DNA from: Bacteroidales bacterium UBA2030
GTDB lineage: Bacteria; Bacteroidota; Bacteroidia; Bacteroidales; TTA-H9
Assembly (NCBI GenBank): GCA_002332755.1
Contig: DDBO01000035.1
Coordinates: 1-48,331, forward strand
Length of the DNA stretch: 48,331 nt
Reading direction: 5' to 3'
Shown: positions 9,439-19,451 of the stretch, one piece after another
Position numbering within the stretch: the stretch's first letter is position 1
Layout of the letters: each line of letters opens with the position of its first letter
The notes under the pieces: generated by a model
Told to the model about the DNA's origin: nothing
Seen by the model: only the letters and a program-made list of their open reading frames with translations
Databases searched by the model: none
Position numbers and translations under genes: made by a program

Positions 9439-10724
9439 TTAACCCCGATACCGCCTGGTACCCCTCACCCATGGATTGCAATGGGACTTTCTCTGAAGAA
9501 GAGCAAACCTCACTTGAACTTTTTCGCCAGAGATTACTGCGATGTCGCAAAGTAGAAGAAGCTTTGGATGTAGTGTGGTCTTCCACTGAAGGTATAATCC
9601 CACGTGACCGCATCGGTCTTTCTTTTCTTTCGCCCGACGGAGAGACTTTGACTGCTGCTTATTATATCACCGACTACCAGCCTGTACTTCTCACCCATAA
9701 TTACTCTGCCGGGATAAGTTCATCCACATTGTCGCTTCTTATTGAGGAGAGAAGTATTCGCATTATTAATAATCTCGAGACTTATCTGAAATTTCATCCT
9801 CGATCAAGCAGCACGCGATTACTCGTTGAAGAGGGCGTCAGGTCTAATCTTTCTTTGCCTCTGCAGGTTGATAACAGAAATGTTGGCTTCCTTTTCTTTA
9901 GTTCACGCCAAAAGGAATCTTTCACCACGCATCATGCATGCCTGCTCAGGGCATTGCTCGATGAAATGTCAGCACTGATTGAAAAAGCATGGATGATAGA
10001 CCAGCTGAGCAAGGCCAGAAAAGATTATTTGACCATGCTTGGTTTTGTAGCTCATGAACTTAAAGCCCCATTGGCCACTATGACTACAATGGGTCACATG
10101 TACCTTGATGGTTATTTCGGCCCTCAGGACAAAGCCGGAATCGATACCATTAGCAAAATGCTGAAAATATCAGGGTACATGATTAACATGATTCAAAATT
10201 ACCTGGGTCTGTCACAGTTGGAAACCGGAGAAATGCGATTCAAACCCCAAGAGGGCGTAAAATTCAGAGAAGATGTGCTCGACTTCGTGATTAACACACT
10301 GGATGCAAGAATACGCGAACGCAATGCCCAAATAAAAATCGAAGGCTCTGACGAAATAACCCTTGAAGCCGATCCGGATTTACTTCGCATTGTCTTCACC
10401 AATCTGGTAGATAATGCAGTGAAATATGGCGAAGAAAATGGCGAGATCAATATTCATTACCAGACCGATAATCAAAAACTTACCTTTAAAATCCGTAATA
10501 CAGGGGTAGGATTTACGCCTGAACAGGCATCTCAACTGTTTAAAAGATTCAGCAGGCTCCACCAAAAAGGGCTGGAAGACAGGAAAGGAACAGGATTGGG
10601 ACTTTACCTCACATGGTGGATTATTCAGAAACATAGAGGGCATATATCGGCTTCGTCAGAACCAGGTAAATGGGCGGAATTTTATGTCGAATTGCCTTTG
10701 ACACAAACACAATCCATTAACTAA
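9435..10724 (+). CDS. soluble GAF-domain sensor histidine kinase
   Basis: No TM segments. N-terminal GAF-like region, H-box FVAHELKAPL, N-box DNAVKYG, G-box GTGLGLYL. The start overlaps the GH13 stop (ATGA at 9435-9438). Confidence 0.85.
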   Translation: MINPDTAWYPSPMDCNGTFSEEEQTSLELFRQRLLRCRKVEEALDVVWSSTEGIIPRDRIGLSFLSPDGETLTAAYYITDYQPVLLTHNYSAGISSSTLSLLIEERSIRIINNLETYLKFHPRSSSTRLLVEEGVRSNLSLPLQVDNRNVGFLFFSSRQKESFTTHHACLLRALLDEMSALIEKAWMIDQLSKARKDYLTMLGFVAHELKAPLATMTTMGHMYLDGYFGPQDKAGIDTISKMLKISGYMINMIQNYLGLSQLETGEMRFKPQEGVKFREDVLDFVINTLDARIRERNAQIKIEGSDEITLEADPDLLRIVFTNLVDNAVKYGEENGEINIHYQTDNQKLTFKIRNTGVGFTPEQASQLFKRFSRLHQKGLEDRKGTGLGLYLTWWIIQKHRGHISASSEPGKWAEFYVELPLTQTQSIN

Positions 10725-10878
10725 GGAATGAATAAATCACACAGCACCTTGTTTTTCGATGATATCTTCAATCGTTGTGTCTTAAAAGTATTTCCCTGAC
10801 ATTATGTTGATACTTATGGGCAAATAAATTTTTTAGGTAATGAAAAATTTATAACTTCGCCCTGTTCAACCCAACTAT

Positions 10879-12075
10879 ATGGACAGTGTGTCGGAGACAG
10901 AAGTTGCCATAGCGGGCGCAGGCCCGGCGGGATTGGCCTGTGCTTTAAAACTTGCCCAAGAGGGAATATCAGTGGTTATTATTGACAAAGAGACCTTTCC
11001 ACGGAGCAAACCCTGCGGAGGAGGACTCGGTGTGAGGTCGCTCAGATTACTCCGAGATCTGGAAATTGACTTAAAAGAATTGGATCAAAAGACGTCCATA
11101 TATGGGGTAAAAATTCATACTCCGGCTCATAGGACTCATGTTTTTCGTACCCACCCTGACGGGAAAGATGATCAGCCCCTCGGGTATGTAGTAAACAGAA
11201 GCGATTTCGATTATTTTTTACTTCAAAAAGTAATTTCATATCCCCACGTCACTTTCTTACCTGGCAGAAAAGTCAAAATGATAGCAGGTAGTGGGGACCA
11301 GGTAGTAACAGCAGGCGATGGATTCCGTATTGCTTCGAATTGGGCGATAGATGCCAGGGGTGCACGTTATGCGGAACATGATGAAAACCGTAAAAACTGG
11401 GCTTTTGCGCTTACGGGCACAGTAAGCGGAATAGATTTCGATGAAACGGAGGAAAATCTTATTGAATTTTACTTTACAGAACCATTTTTTCCGGGATATT
11501 TCTGGATATTTCCTCTGCCTGGCGGACTTGCCAACACAGGAATATACGTCCCTCTTATGCATTATAAATATAGCCTGACACACCTCAAGGAAACCTATTA
11601 CGACTTTATTCAAAACCATCAGCAATTGGCCGGTAGGTTTCAGGATGCAGGACTTGAAGAATCATTGCAGGGAGGTTGGCTCCCTATTGGGAATGAAATC
11701 ACGGAAAGCGTTAATGGGCACATACTCCGGGTTGGTGATGCTGCTTCACTCGTAGATCCTTTGGCAGGAGAAGGTATAGGTAATGCTCTTTTAAGTGGAG
11801 TTATGGCTGCAGATACCCTCATAGAGATTATAAAAGGCCATGAAAGTTCTGCAGAGAAATACGAAACCTCGCTGAAGCGTACGATGGAAAACGAATTTAA
11901 GCATCGGCAACGCATCTTGAGATTGGCTGCACACTATCCAAAAACCTTTAGTTATCTGTTTTACCGGCTCGCTAAAAGCGACCATCTTCGTCAAATGGCT
12001 TCATCTGCTGTCAAATCAAACGACTTTGTTAAAAACCTTTCCATTAGCCGTATCCTTCGCAGCCTGATTCATTAA
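10879..12075 (+). CDS. geranylgeranyl reductase family FAD-dependent oxidoreductase
   Basis: GAGPAGLACALKLAQEGISVVIIDK dinucleotide fold, a PCGGG motif, and the RVGDAASLVDPLAGEGI motif typical of the family. Confidence 0.8.
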   Translation: MDSVSETEVAIAGAGPAGLACALKLAQEGISVVIIDKETFPRSKPCGGGLGVRSLRLLRDLEIDLKELDQKTSIYGVKIHTPAHRTHVFRTHPDGKDDQPLGYVVNRSDFDYFLLQKVISYPHVTFLPGRKVKMIAGSGDQVVTAGDGFRIASNWAIDARGARYAEHDENRKNWAFALTGTVSGIDFDETEENLIEFYFTEPFFPGYFWIFPLPGGLANTGIYVPLMHYKYSLTHLKETYYDFIQNHQQLAGRFQDAGLEESLQGGWLPIGNEITESVNGHILRVGDAASLVDPLAGEGIGNALLSGVMAADTLIEIIKGHESSAEKYETSLKRTMENEFKHRQRILRLAAHYPKTFSYLFYRLAKSDHLRQMASSAVKSNDFVKNLSISRILRSLIH

Positions 12076-12099
12076 AATATTCAAAAAACTGCAACAGCC

Positions 12100-13368
12100 A
12101 TGAACGAGCAGTTTCTTTATTATATCTGGCAATATCATCTTCAAGGCAGAACACTCGCATCCGTTACCGGTGAGGAAATAGTAATTATTAAACCAGGATA
12201 TCGAAATAATGATGCCGGGCCTGACTATACTGAAGCCCTGGTGAAAGTTGGTACGGAAGTTTGGGCAGGGAATCTTGAAATTCACTTAAAAACCTCCGAC
12301 TGGTATAAACATCATCATGAATCTGATAAGCAATATTCGAGCCTGATTTTACATGTTGTTTACGAAAACGATTTGCCGGGACGTGAACCCACCAGTTGTC
12401 CTACCCTTGTATTAAAACCATATGTGGATACCCGGCTTTGGCAGGTTTATCAGGGATTCCTGCTCTCACAGGATTGGATTCCATGTGCAAGGGGTTTCAA
12501 TAAAGTTTTTCCTGTGGTAGTTCACTCGATGCTCGAACGAGCCATGATTGAACGCATGGAGCGAAAAGTCGGAGAAATACAGCGTTTGCTCAATATCACA
12601 CGAAACAACCTGCATGAATGCTTCTATATTGCCATGGCCCGCGCCTTTGGGCAAAAAACCAATGCACAGGCCTTTGAAATTCTTGCCAGAACTACACCAT
12701 TAAATATACTTGCCCGTTACTCCCATTCTTTTTTCCAAGTCGAGGCACTCCTTTTTGGCCAATCAGGTTTGATTTCAGAAAAACACGTGGATGAATACCA
12801 CGATCGTCTGTACGCGGAATACAAATTTTTGAAAGAAAAGCACCATTTGGTGGCAGCCTTACATATTCCCTGGAAATTCATGCGCATGCATCCCCAGGGA
12901 TTTCCCACAGTGCGCCTGGCACAATTTGCAGCCCTTATACATCAATCCTCCGGGCTGTTGCAGAAGTTATTAAACAGTCGGGATGTACAAGAAATGCAAA
13001 AAATGCTTTCCTGCCAGGCTTCGGAATACTGGAATACACATTATCGTTTTGGCGAAACAAGTGCCCCCAGAACCAAGTCGACAGGGAACGATTTTATTAA
13101 TAACATCATTATTAACGCCGTAATACCTTTTCAGTGGATCGACGCAAGGATGCGCGGAGATGAATCAGGTCCCGAACAGGCACTAAGATTGCTCTATGAG
13201 CTTCCGCCAGAAAATAATTCCATTGTAAGAGGTTGGGCCAAGCTGGGCTATAATGCCAGAGACGCTTTTGCCAGCCAATCTCTTTTGGAATTAAAAAATC
13301 GTTACTGCACCTTCCGACGCTGCCTCGATTGCAAAATAGGTCATTCTTTGTTAAAAATGCAGGTTTAG
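12100..13368 (+). CDS. DUF2851 family protein
   Basis: The N-terminus MNEQFLYYIWQY..., the size (422 aa) and the C-terminal CxxCxxC..C (CTFRRCLDC) pattern match the conserved Bacteroidota DUF2851 family, recognised from memory. Confidence 0.6.
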   Translation: MNEQFLYYIWQYHLQGRTLASVTGEEIVIIKPGYRNNDAGPDYTEALVKVGTEVWAGNLEIHLKTSDWYKHHHESDKQYSSLILHVVYENDLPGREPTSCPTLVLKPYVDTRLWQVYQGFLLSQDWIPCARGFNKVFPVVVHSMLERAMIERMERKVGEIQRLLNITRNNLHECFYIAMARAFGQKTNAQAFEILARTTPLNILARYSHSFFQVEALLFGQSGLISEKHVDEYHDRLYAEYKFLKEKHHLVAALHIPWKFMRMHPQGFPTVRLAQFAALIHQSSGLLQKLLNSRDVQEMQKMLSCQASEYWNTHYRFGETSAPRTKSTGNDFINNIIINAVIPFQWIDARMRGDESGPEQALRLLYELPPENNSIVRGWAKLGYNARDAFASQSLLELKNRYCTFRRCLDCKIGHSLLKMQV

Positions 13369-13382
13369 ACCTTAAGAAATAA

Positions 13383-13396
13383 TTGATTTAAATCAA
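13383..13396. promoter_or_regulatory. perfect 14-bp palindrome TTGATTTAAATCAA (FNR/CRP-type TTGAT-N4-ATCAA)
   Basis: Read directly from the sequence. It is centred about 110 nt upstream of the NSS transporter ATG and 15 nt after the DUF2851 stop. Confidence 0.35.
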
Positions 13397-13499
13397 AAAT
13401 ATCTATTTTAGAGGCCTAAAAATGCCAAGCACTGAGCCTGAAATGGGGTAAAAGGCTCAGGTTAGATCTAACCATCAATCAATCAACCAGTAATCAGGA

Positions 13500-15347
13500 A
13501 TGAGTACAAAACTTAAAACTTCTGATATCAAAACCGAGCACTGGGGTTCGAGGGTAGGGCTCGTATTAGCCATGGCTGGAAATGCAGTAGGTTTCGGCAA
13601 TTTTTTAAGATTTCCTGTACAAGCCGTGCAAAATGGAGGTGGAGCCTTCATCATTCCCTACCTTGTAAGTCTGGTTTTACTTGGATTTCCCTTATTAATG
13701 ATAGAATGGACAGCCGGGCGCTATGGAGGGCGCTTTGGCCACCATTCAACGCCGTTCATCTTACACAGCTTGAATAAAAAAGCCATCTGGAAATATGTTG
13801 GCGTTTTTGGATTATTCAGTAACCTCGCTATTGCAGCCTATTACTGCTACATGGAAAGCTGGACCATGTCGTATATTTTCCATAGCATTAAAGGCACTTT
13901 CAATCACCTTGACCAACACGGAGTAGCCTCGTTTTTTGATAGTTATGTCGACATAGGACATAGCACAACAGGCATTCCGTTTGAGGCTTTGGTGTTCTAT
14001 ATACTCTGTCTGGCTCTTAATGTTTGGATACTCAGTAAAGGACTTGCCGGGGGCATTGAAAAAGCAGCCAAAATCATGGTTCCTGTTCTTATTTTCTTTG
14101 GAATTTTCCTGGCCATCAGGGGAATTACACTTAAGGGGGGAGAACAACACGCCATTATGGACGGGCTGGCAGGTCTTAATTTCTTGTGGACACCACAATA
14201 CGATTCATTGACCAATCCCCGGGTTTGGCTTGCGGCAGCAGGCCAGATATTCTTCACCCTCTCTGTAGGAATGGGGTCTATTCAATGCTATGCCTCATAC
14301 CTACGTCAACGCGACGACATTGCAGTAAATGCTATGTCAGCCGGTTTTATGAATGAATTTGTCGAAATAGTACTCGGAAGTTCCATCATTATTCCCATTT
14401 CGGTGGGATATCTGGGTATTGACAAAGTAATTGATTTAGTGGGTCTTGGCGGATTAGGGCTTGCTTTTCGAACTATGCCTTTCCTCTTCGAGCAATGGGG
14501 GCCTATATTTTCTGCCCTGACAGGAACTGCTTTCTTCGGCCTTTTGTTTTTTGCAGGAATTACTTCTTCCCTGGCTATGGGAACTCCCATCATGGGTTTT
14601 CTAAAAGACGAGTATAACTGGTCGAATAAAAAATCGGCTATTACCTTTGGTTTAATAACTTTGGGTTTGGGGCTTCCAACGGTCTTGTTTTTTCAACAAG
14701 GAGTTTTTGATGAGTACGATTATTGGTCGGGCACAGTGGCGCTTTTTGTGTTTGCCATGCTCGAATCTATTCTTTTTGCCTGGTTTTTTGGATACAAAAG
14801 AGGCTGGAAAGAATTCATTGATGGGGCTGATATGCGTATACCAGTGATTTTCAAATATATATTAGGATTTGTAACACCAGTAATTCTGATTCTGGTTTTC
14901 CTGGCTTCATTGCTCAGACCTGCAGGCGACGACTGGAGTAAAATTAGTTTCAAAGGTTGGGAGCTGCATCCCGAAAGTATTATTGGTCAGCTTACTTATA
15001 AAGGTATAACCGAAAACAGAGAAAGCTTTGCTATGGCCTTTTACAGTGAGACTACCGGAACCCTCGACACGGTGTATACATTAAGGGGAAAGCATTACAT
15101 ACGTATTGTCCCCGATGGCAAAGGCCCTGAATTTGCTAAGAGTTATGTCTTCAATCCCGAAAAACACACATTAACGGTTAAGGTTGGCGAGCATATTCTG
15201 AAAGGGCAGAAACTTTATGATGGTTTCGTAATTAACCGCATTTTTTACATAAAAATGGCCCGGCTTATTCTGGTTGGGCTGTTTTTGGGTCTGAGTATTA
15301 TGGTATGGTATGCCTATCGTAAGCGTAAAAGAGAAAATACAATATAA
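13500..15347 (+). CDS. sodium-dependent transporter, neurotransmitter:sodium symporter (NSS/SNF) family
   Basis: WGSRVGLVLAMAGNAVGFGNFLRFP signature; polytopic. The C-terminus carries a ~110-aa hydrophilic insert and one additional TM helix. Confidence 0.9.
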   Translation: MSTKLKTSDIKTEHWGSRVGLVLAMAGNAVGFGNFLRFPVQAVQNGGGAFIIPYLVSLVLLGFPLLMIEWTAGRYGGRFGHHSTPFILHSLNKKAIWKYVGVFGLFSNLAIAAYYCYMESWTMSYIFHSIKGTFNHLDQHGVASFFDSYVDIGHSTTGIPFEALVFYILCLALNVWILSKGLAGGIEKAAKIMVPVLIFFGIFLAIRGITLKGGEQHAIMDGLAGLNFLWTPQYDSLTNPRVWLAAAGQIFFTLSVGMGSIQCYASYLRQRDDIAVNAMSAGFMNEFVEIVLGSSIIIPISVGYLGIDKVIDLVGLGGLGLAFRTMPFLFEQWGPIFSALTGTAFFGLLFFAGITSSLAMGTPIMGFLKDEYNWSNKKSAITFGLITLGLGLPTVLFFQQGVFDEYDYWSGTVALFVFAMLESILFAWFFGYKRGWKEFIDGADMRIPVIFKYILGFVTPVILILVFLASLLRPAGDDWSKISFKGWELHPESIIGQLTYKGITENRESFAMAFYSETTGTLDTVYTLRGKHYIRIVPDGKGPEFAKSYVFNPEKHTLTVKVGEHILKGQKLYDGFVINRIFYIKMARLILVGLFLGLSIMVWYAYRKRKRENTI

Positions 15348-15350
15348 GCC

Positions 15351-15488
15351 ATGAACACTTCAGCTTTAATTCTGATGATTTCCACTTGGTCAATCGTTAC
15401 TTGCCTTACCATTTACTTTTTCGTAAAAGTATTGAAAGCGCCCATGCGTCAGGAGCCCGATTCCTATCTTGACAATGACCCTAAATAA
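15351..15488 (+). CDS. small single-TM protein, MetS-like NSS transporter small subunit (not in ORF track)
   Basis: The ATG lies 3 nt after the NSS stop. 45 codons: MNTSALILMISTWSIVTCLTIYFFVKVLKAPMRQEPDSYLDNDPK, i.e. one hydrophobic helix then a charged tail. Position and shape match small subunits paired with bacterial NSS transporters. Confidence 0.6.
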   Translation: MNTSALILMISTWSIVTCLTIYFFVKVLKAPMRQEPDSYLDNDPK

Positions 15489-15508
15489 TCAAAGAAAATA
15501 TATAAGTA

Positions 15509-15532
15509 ACTGATTATTACACAATAATCAGT
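15509..15532. other. perfect 10-bp inverted repeat hairpin between convergent genes
   Basis: ACTGATTATT-ACAC-AATAATCAGT. There is no adjacent T-tract on either strand, so terminator function is unproven. Confidence 0.3.
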
Positions 15533-15720
15533 ACCGTGAACGATTTTTCATTACTGTAAATAAGATATGAATGAGCAAGTTTAAAAAAATTCGCTCAATC
15601 TTGACTTAGCCGATTTTTTCACTCTTCTCCTTCCATAGATCGATAACCTTCTGTGCCCAGACTCCAGAACCAAGAAACCCGATATCCGAAGGCTAAAATC
15701 TGAAAACCCGAAACGAAATT

Positions 15721-18700
15721 TTATATCCTTCCCAACGCTTTCTGTATCTTAATATTCAGCTCGATAGGATTAAACGGTTTGGTAATAAAATCATTCATTC
15801 CAATCTTATTAATTTCCTCAACCTGTTCGGATAGTGCAGAAGCTGTCAGGGCAAAGATTGGAGTAGGATTAAGTCCGTTATCTCGCTCATATTCCCTGAT
15901 TTTAATCGTAGCCGTGCGACCGTCCATTTCTGGCATTTGCAAGTCCATCAGCACTAACGCGAATTTTTTCTGTTTAAACTTTTCTAAGGCTTCAAGGCCA
16001 TTTTCTGCCTGGTCAATGTTCAGGTTCCATTTTGAAAGAAATTTACCGGCGACAATCAAATTAATCTGGTTATCATCCACTACCAATACATTTTCACCGT
16101 TGAACAGAGCAAATTCATGCTTCACGGCTTTATCAGGCATTTCATGCACTTTTGAACTGATGCGGTAGCTGATGAATACAGTAAAACAACTTCCTTTTCC
16201 GGGTTCACTTTTTACTTCAATACGGCCCCCTTGCATTTCAACAAGACTCTTTGTAATAGCCAGTCCCAGCCCTGTTCCTCCATATTTACGTGTAATATCA
16301 ACACCTGCCTGAGAAAAACTTTCAAATATCTGGGGGAGCTTGTCAGCCGGGATTCCTATGCCTGTATCTTCAATGTCAATGCGCAAACTAATGTGATTAG
16401 CTGTGCGTTCAATAAGAGTCAATTTAATCTTAACATACCCTTCATGGGTAAATTTGACTGCATTTCCCGCAATATTGAATAAAATTTGGTTAAAACGGGT
16501 GGGGTCACCAATGACAAAATCAGGAATATCAGGGCTTAACTCGCTGTATATGCGTATTCCCTTTTCGTTCGCCTTCACCTGCAAAACCTGTACTACATTG
16601 TAAACTTTTTCACGTATATCGAAGTCGGCTTCTTCAAAAACGAGCCGACCGGCATCAATCTTACTGTAATCAAGAATGTCGTTGATTAATGCGAGTAGAT
16701 TTTCGGCACTAAATTTTAAAGTATTTAAGTTTTCAACCTGATCGGGTCGGGGATTTTCATTTAAGAGGATATAGGTCATTCCGATAACAGCATTCAAAGG
16801 TGTTCGCAATTCATGGCTGATTGTAGATAAAAAGAGGCTACGAGCCTGAGCCAGCTTTTCGGCCTTAAGTTTGGCTTCGTTGAGAGCCCTATTCGTTGCC
16901 TCCAGTTCAGCGTTTTTAAGAACAATGGCCGAATTTTGCTGTTCTATCTGATGAGTTTTTTCAAGAATCTCCCGGGTGCGTTCGCTGATAATTCTTTCCA
17001 ATTCAGCTTCGCGAGTTCTATGCAAAAAGGCCTGATACCGTATTATAATTAGAATTAACAAAAGCAACGAAAGAGCGCCTCCGGCTAAAATCCATCTATT
17101 CTGGTACCATTTCAAACCCAGCTTCACCTTTACGATCAGAGGGGCACTCCAACGGTAGTTTCCAGATTTACGCGCCTCAAATTCAATTTGATAATGACCG
17201 GTCGGTAAATTCTCAGTGAAAACTTCCGCAATATTTCGAAAAGGTTGCCATGAGCCAGTGCCATTAGAAGAAATCAACCTGTAACGGTAAATCACTGAAC
17301 GTGAAGGGAAAGCCGGAGTAACCAGTTCGAGTCTTAAAAAGTCACCCTTTCTAAGACGAATTAGCTTGTTAGCTTCACAGTGTGTTGTATTTCCATTAAT
17401 GATAAGCTGATGTATCAAGGGCCGTGGAGTGTCGTTTGATGAAAGCTTGTCCCCGGGAACAGCAATCCCGCTAATGGTACCCACCCAGATTCTTCCCTGA
17501 GCATCTTCTACAAGTGTGCGGTAAGATGTGGTTTTACTGGGCAACCCATTGCGCTCCGAGAAAACATAAAACTCTTTGCCATCCCATTTAACAAGCCCTA
17601 GACTAATAGTAAACCAGATATTACCATTCCTATCAACAATAAGGCTTTTTACGGCAGTTTCAGTAATGTTTTCATGCTCAAGCCGTGTGAGTCGGCCTTG
17701 GAAATCCATTTTTAAAACTCCAAAAGCAGAAGCAAGCCATATATTCTGCTTTTTATCAAAGGCGATATCATTGATAGCAATGGGCACATTATGCCGAAAA
17801 CTCAAGGGACGGCTAAGATTCTTAAGTATCTGCTTCTCTATATCATAGTCCCAAAGATAACCCTCATCGTTTGTACCTCCGAGCATCAGATGCCCGTTAC
17901 CCGGATGTATGGCCATGCTGATAATTCTGCTGTCTTTTAGGGCTTCATCCTTTATCGGAAAATTCAATTGACCTTCGCTATCAACGTATCCTGGAGCATT
18001 TCTGCCATCCTGACAAAACCAAACTCTGCCTCGGCCATCTGGCACAAGATTGAATATGGCCGACTTTTTTTCAGAAAAAATTCGCACAGGTTTCCCATTT
18101 TTACCACTAACAAAATAAATATTTCCCTCTGTGGTGGTCCACCAGATTCGCTCGCCATCCCAAACTACTCTTAAAATCGTTTCTCCTGTTAATTGATACT
18201 TTATTCGGGCTTCAAATCCAGTGTTTCCTTTTACAACAGACCATAATCGGGAGTTCTCGGCAATTAAGACCTCGTCTTCTGCAACAGCTATGGCCTGGAT
18301 ATAACCATTTATCTGTGCAGCGAAAGGATTCTCAAATAATTGCCTTTGCATAAGCGCCAAACCATTGTCGGAGCTAAGCCAAATATTACCTTTACCGTCA
18401 TTCTTAATATGATTAACATTTTGCCAGGCAAATTCCTCAATCTTTTGACAAAATAAGCCTGTGGACAACTTTCGAATGGTATATAATCCTTGCGACCAGC
18501 TTCCAGCCAGGAAAAAGTCCTCTTCTGAGGGTTCAATCCACGAAAATTCAATACCCGGAATTAAAAGGCGCTCGGAGACTATCTGACCATTATTCGTCTG
18601 ATATTCCCACAAACCTTCCCTTGCCGCAGCCCATATTTTCCCTCCGTAAAACGAGGATGCGAAAAAAAACTGTTTTTTATTAAATTGGGAAGGCACCGGT

Positions 18701-19314
18701 GATACTGAATGCGACTCTGCATCGATACGAAATATTTTTCCCCCTTCATAAAAAGCAAATAGATACCCGCTTCCATCATCAGCAAGCATGAAGGAGCGTT
18801 GCACATTCTCCGGAAAAGTAGTCATACTCAGGCCTAAGGGCAATAGCTTCCCATCTTTAAAACGATAAATGGTTCTATTATCCGAAATCCATGTACGTTG
18901 CTGACTATCAGTAAAAATCAATTTGGGATACCACAGGGTGGAATCAGTCGGAGTAACTGACCCTCGTTTAATCACCTTAACAGAAACCTCACAATCGCTC
19001 ACACTTACCTGAGATAAACCCATATCGTCAGATACCAGTAAACTTCCATCGGGAAGACTGTGAACAAATTTGACCAAAGTTCCCGGTAGTTCTTTTTGAA
19101 AAACGCGGAAATGCTGCCCATCGAAAAGCGCAAGGCCGTCATCGCTTGCTATTAACGGAAACCCTGAAGCACTGATTGCTGTTGCTTTGAGTAAATCCGT
19201 GGGTAATCCCTCATTGGTTGTGTAATAAGTAAAATTAAAATACTGGGCCTGCGTATTTTGTGCAAAGGCCATAACCATTAATAAAATCAAAAAACGGCCC
19301 ATGAACCTTACCAT
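15721..19314 (-). CDS. hybrid sensor histidine kinase/response regulator with periplasmic propeller + Y_Y_Y domains
   Basis: 1197 aa: signal peptide, ~700-aa repetitive beta-propeller-type region, TM (WILAGGALSLLLLILIII), coiled coil, H-box ISHELRTPLN, G-box GGTGLGLAI, and a C-terminal receiver (VLVVDDN...LMDLQMPEMDG). No HTH output domain. Confidence 0.9.
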   Translation of the reverse strand: MVRFMGRFLILLMVMAFAQNTQAQYFNFTYYTTNEGLPTDLLKATAISASGFPLIASDDGLALFDGQHFRVFQKELPGTLVKFVHSLPDGSLLVSDDMGLSQVSVSDCEVSVKVIKRGSVTPTDSTLWYPKLIFTDSQQRTWISDNRTIYRFKDGKLLPLGLSMTTFPENVQRSFMLADDGSGYLFAFYEGGKIFRIDAESHSVSPVPSQFNKKQFFFASSFYGGKIWAAAREGLWEYQTNNGQIVSERLLIPGIEFSWIEPSEEDFFLAGSWSQGLYTIRKLSTGLFCQKIEEFAWQNVNHIKNDGKGNIWLSSDNGLALMQRQLFENPFAAQINGYIQAIAVAEDEVLIAENSRLWSVVKGNTGFEARIKYQLTGETILRVVWDGERIWWTTTEGNIYFVSGKNGKPVRIFSEKKSAIFNLVPDGRGRVWFCQDGRNAPGYVDSEGQLNFPIKDEALKDSRIISMAIHPGNGHLMLGGTNDEGYLWDYDIEKQILKNLSRPLSFRHNVPIAINDIAFDKKQNIWLASAFGVLKMDFQGRLTRLEHENITETAVKSLIVDRNGNIWFTISLGLVKWDGKEFYVFSERNGLPSKTTSYRTLVEDAQGRIWVGTISGIAVPGDKLSSNDTPRPLIHQLIINGNTTHCEANKLIRLRKGDFLRLELVTPAFPSRSVIYRYRLISSNGTGSWQPFRNIAEVFTENLPTGHYQIEFEARKSGNYRWSAPLIVKVKLGLKWYQNRWILAGGALSLLLLILIIIRYQAFLHRTREAELERIISERTREILEKTHQIEQQNSAIVLKNAELEATNRALNEAKLKAEKLAQARSLFLSTISHELRTPLNAVIGMTYILLNENPRPDQVENLNTLKFSAENLLALINDILDYSKIDAGRLVFEEADFDIREKVYNVVQVLQVKANEKGIRIYSELSPDIPDFVIGDPTRFNQILFNIAGNAVKFTHEGYVKIKLTLIERTANHISLRIDIEDTGIGIPADKLPQIFESFSQAGVDITRKYGGTGLGLAITKSLVEMQGGRIEVKSEPGKGSCFTVFISYRISSKVHEMPDKAVKHEFALFNGENVLVVDDNQINLIVAGKFLSKWNLNIDQAENGLEALEKFKQKKFALVLMDLQMPEMDGRTATIKIREYERDNGLNPTPIFALTASALSEQVEEINKIGMNDFITKPFNPIELNIKIQKALGRI

Positions 19315-19410
19315 ACATAAATCTTTTTCCTGGTTACATAATCTTTATTAACTCTAAAATGCTAAGGTAAAAAAATAACTGCGGTTAATTTCATCGATAC
19401 AAAAAATTTC

Positions 19411-19418
19411 TACTTTTG
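19411..19418 (+). promoter_or_regulatory. candidate -7 promoter box (TACTTTTG)
   Basis: Exact TAnnTTTG, 34 nt upstream of the ATG at 19452. Confidence 0.35.
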
Positions 19419-19451
19419 AGCTGCCTATACCCTGATCAAATAAATGGTTTA

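Noticed and set aside
13432-13460. A riboswitch in the NSS transporter 5' UTR
   Set aside because: Only a single 8-bp hairpin with a 13-nt loop is visible, and I recognise no known riboswitch core. It is kept only as a note under the palindrome finding.
15489-15720. A small RNA or degraded gene in the 232-bp convergent intergenic region
   Set aside because: Apart from the 10-bp hairpin (15509-15532) and a loose CGGGTTT(T)C direct repeat, I find no ORF, promoter box or structured element that I can defend.
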